Shown piece by piece: positions 62,246-64,000 of a DNA stretch of 64,000 bases (positions are counted from its first letter, which is position 1; each line of letters starts with the position of its first letter). Source of the stretch: Octopus sinensis (Eukaryota); assembly GCF_006345805.1 (NCBI RefSeq), contig NW_021833018.1:1-64000 (forward strand), in the 5' to 3' direction. The translations under genes and the position numbers were made by a program. The notes under the pieces were generated by a model that ran no database searches, was not told the DNA's origin, and saw only the letters and a list, made by a program, of their open reading frames with translations.

Positions 62246-62875
62246 TCTGAAAATTTTATGGCGTGAAACATGAGAAAAAATCCCTAAATAATACCAGTCT
62301 GGAAAATGAAGCTATAGGCTATATAAAACAATTTTATAAAGCTCTTTAATTAAATGACTGGGTTTCAGTGGCGTACCACTAGTTTGCAGAGGTAAAGACA
62401 GCGTTATCGGTTAAATTCTTAGAAAAGTAATTGTAGAGTGCTGTATTTCAGTCACTAAAAACATTCACTCTAATTTGCCGCACTCGTGTCTCTGATTTTG
62501 CTGATGTGTCATTTAATCCGAGAAGCCTAACAATAATAAATGTATAAAACTCTTGTCCCCATACATATGCGATTTTCAAAATTCATTATCAAGAAAATAA
62601 TACGGCAATCAGTCACTTGAATATGTCAATTTACTACTTTCATTTTGGGTTAATAAATATCTTAGTTTCGTTTAGTAAAAGGGTTTCACTCAAATATAGA
62701 TTTAGCACAAAAATATCCTTCGCTTGTTAATTTCAAATTTAGCTATTCGCTGCGTTATGTAAACCTCCAATTAACTTTGGTCTCACAGAAGATCATTGAG
62801 GTAGAGGAGATTAATTTATAAATTCCCAATATGTGTGAAATTAAATAATATCAATTTTATTCTCTCAAATATAAT

Positions 62876-63020
62876 TCATGAATCAAATCGAATGCAAGCC
62901 TTTTTCCATTTGCACTGGTTACACCAAGAATCCCTCCGATGAATTCCATAAATTTTACGACATTTTCCTGTTTTTTGAGCTTTTCTGGGCTGTTTACGTG
63001 AAATGGCTTCCTTTTTGACT
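62876..63020 (-). CDS. Last exon of a ZNF395/ZNF704/SLC2A4RG-like C-clamp protein; upstream exons probably extend toward 64000
   Basis: [29 protein letters not shown] matches the family C-terminus KCRKVYG...D.WCTACRWKKAC.RF. Confidence 0.8.
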
Positions 63021-64000
63021 TTATAAAATTGGGATTTCTTTTATATAAGGATTACGTCAAGAAACCGATTTATTAAACGAATTTATTTTCCCCTTTCCGG
63101 GAAGTACAAATTCCGAGATTTTAGATACTTTCAAATTTCTTTTTAACTTTTTACCTTCTCTTTGGTTTATGCTGCAGTAAATCGACAATTCCAAATGCAC
63201 GTAGCTATATCTAAAAATAAACATCACTAATTGTTTTAATATTTATTCTAATTAAAATGAATCGTACAATGGCAAATTTGCTGGTACTTGGTTGTCATCG
63301 CTTACGTCACTGTCAGAAAAATTTTGCAGTTCAAAAAAACTTTCATCGAGAAAAGGCATGTCCTCGCTTTCTGAAGACTTCTAAAAATTATAGTTAAGAG
63401 GATTAATCTATTCTTAGACAAGCCGCAAAATTATACGAATTATTCTAAGTTGTGTCTATTAAATCGGCATGCATTTTAAGGGTATATTTATTATCTAAAA
63501 TGCTAAAATTGCAATTGACTTGTCAGAAACCATCCGATAGCGATGAAATAGTCATACCGGCATATTTGAATCCTTGTTCGAAAGCATTTTAATGGTTTCA
63601 TTGAGGCGTCGAAAAACAGAATTGTCACTATCATTTGATGAGACATTAGCTTTTAGTTAACATTGTGTAAAAATACCTCCAAACGCATCTTTAAAGTCCA
63701 TGACGTACTGTTCCATAATTGAAAGTTCATTTGACCCACATTGAGTAGATCTAAGCTTGGAGGCATTGATTACAATTACCTGGAGTAACTGTTGTTAATC
63801 ATCTTAAACAGTATTACGTACGATGCGGCAAATAGTTTTGTAAATATTAATTATACATGTATAGTTATTTAGGTCCGCCTTTGTAAAACTAATTTTTATA
63901 TAATTTCAATAAAAGTAAAGTTGCATTTAAATTAATTGTGATTAATAAATTTTTTTTTTTTTTTGGAGTAATAAAAGGGTAATTTTTTTTTTTTGTTATT

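Noticed and set aside
1-64000. Microsporidian origin, suggested by tiny introns, an NTT and similar TE families
   Set aside because: Intact HCCS and MGME1, dense introns, PIAS with animal-like motifs and a C-clamp gene are incompatible with canonical microsporidia.

Overview
This is AT-rich nuclear DNA from a eukaryote, not a prokaryote. It is almost certainly an animal with a miniaturised gene architecture: the host genes I could reconstruct by hand are split by introns mostly 19-35 nt long. Those genes are a PIAS SUMO E3 ligase, holocytochrome c synthase, ARMC7, UBC9, MGME1, a ZNF395/704-type C-clamp gene and a dead thiolase. Most of the remaining sequence is nested transposon debris: a head-to-tail Helitron dimer carrying a 96-bp satellite, Tc1, pogo, hAT, MULE, Merlin, Ginger-like integrases, CRE- and R4-type RLE retrotransposons, APE LINEs and a tRNA-headed SINE. 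Four observations stand out. (1) Decayed, intronless bacterial DNA sits between host genes at three separate places: a chlamydia-like xseB-dxs-nadK operon (about 3.1-5.4 kb), a bacterial-type D-2-hydroxyacid dehydrogenase (36.4-37.1 kb) and a near full-length chlamydial/rickettsial-type nucleotide transporter (NTT/Npt/Tlc, 41.5-43.4 kb). The NTT carries a eukaryotic retrotransposon insertion with a target-site duplication (TSD), which argues for real integration. (2) A near-intact Ingi/Vingi-like LINE begins exactly at a complete HDV-like ribozyme fold, followed by a 2A StopGo peptide. (3) A Merlin element inside an ARMC7 exon could be spliced out in frame using the GT in its own TIR. (4) A MULE is flanked by a perfect 78-bp duplication. 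All homology calls come from motif recognition by eye; no database search was run. Frequent 1-bp homopolymer differences between repeat copies suggest long-read consensus error, so isolated frameshifts should be treated cautiously.
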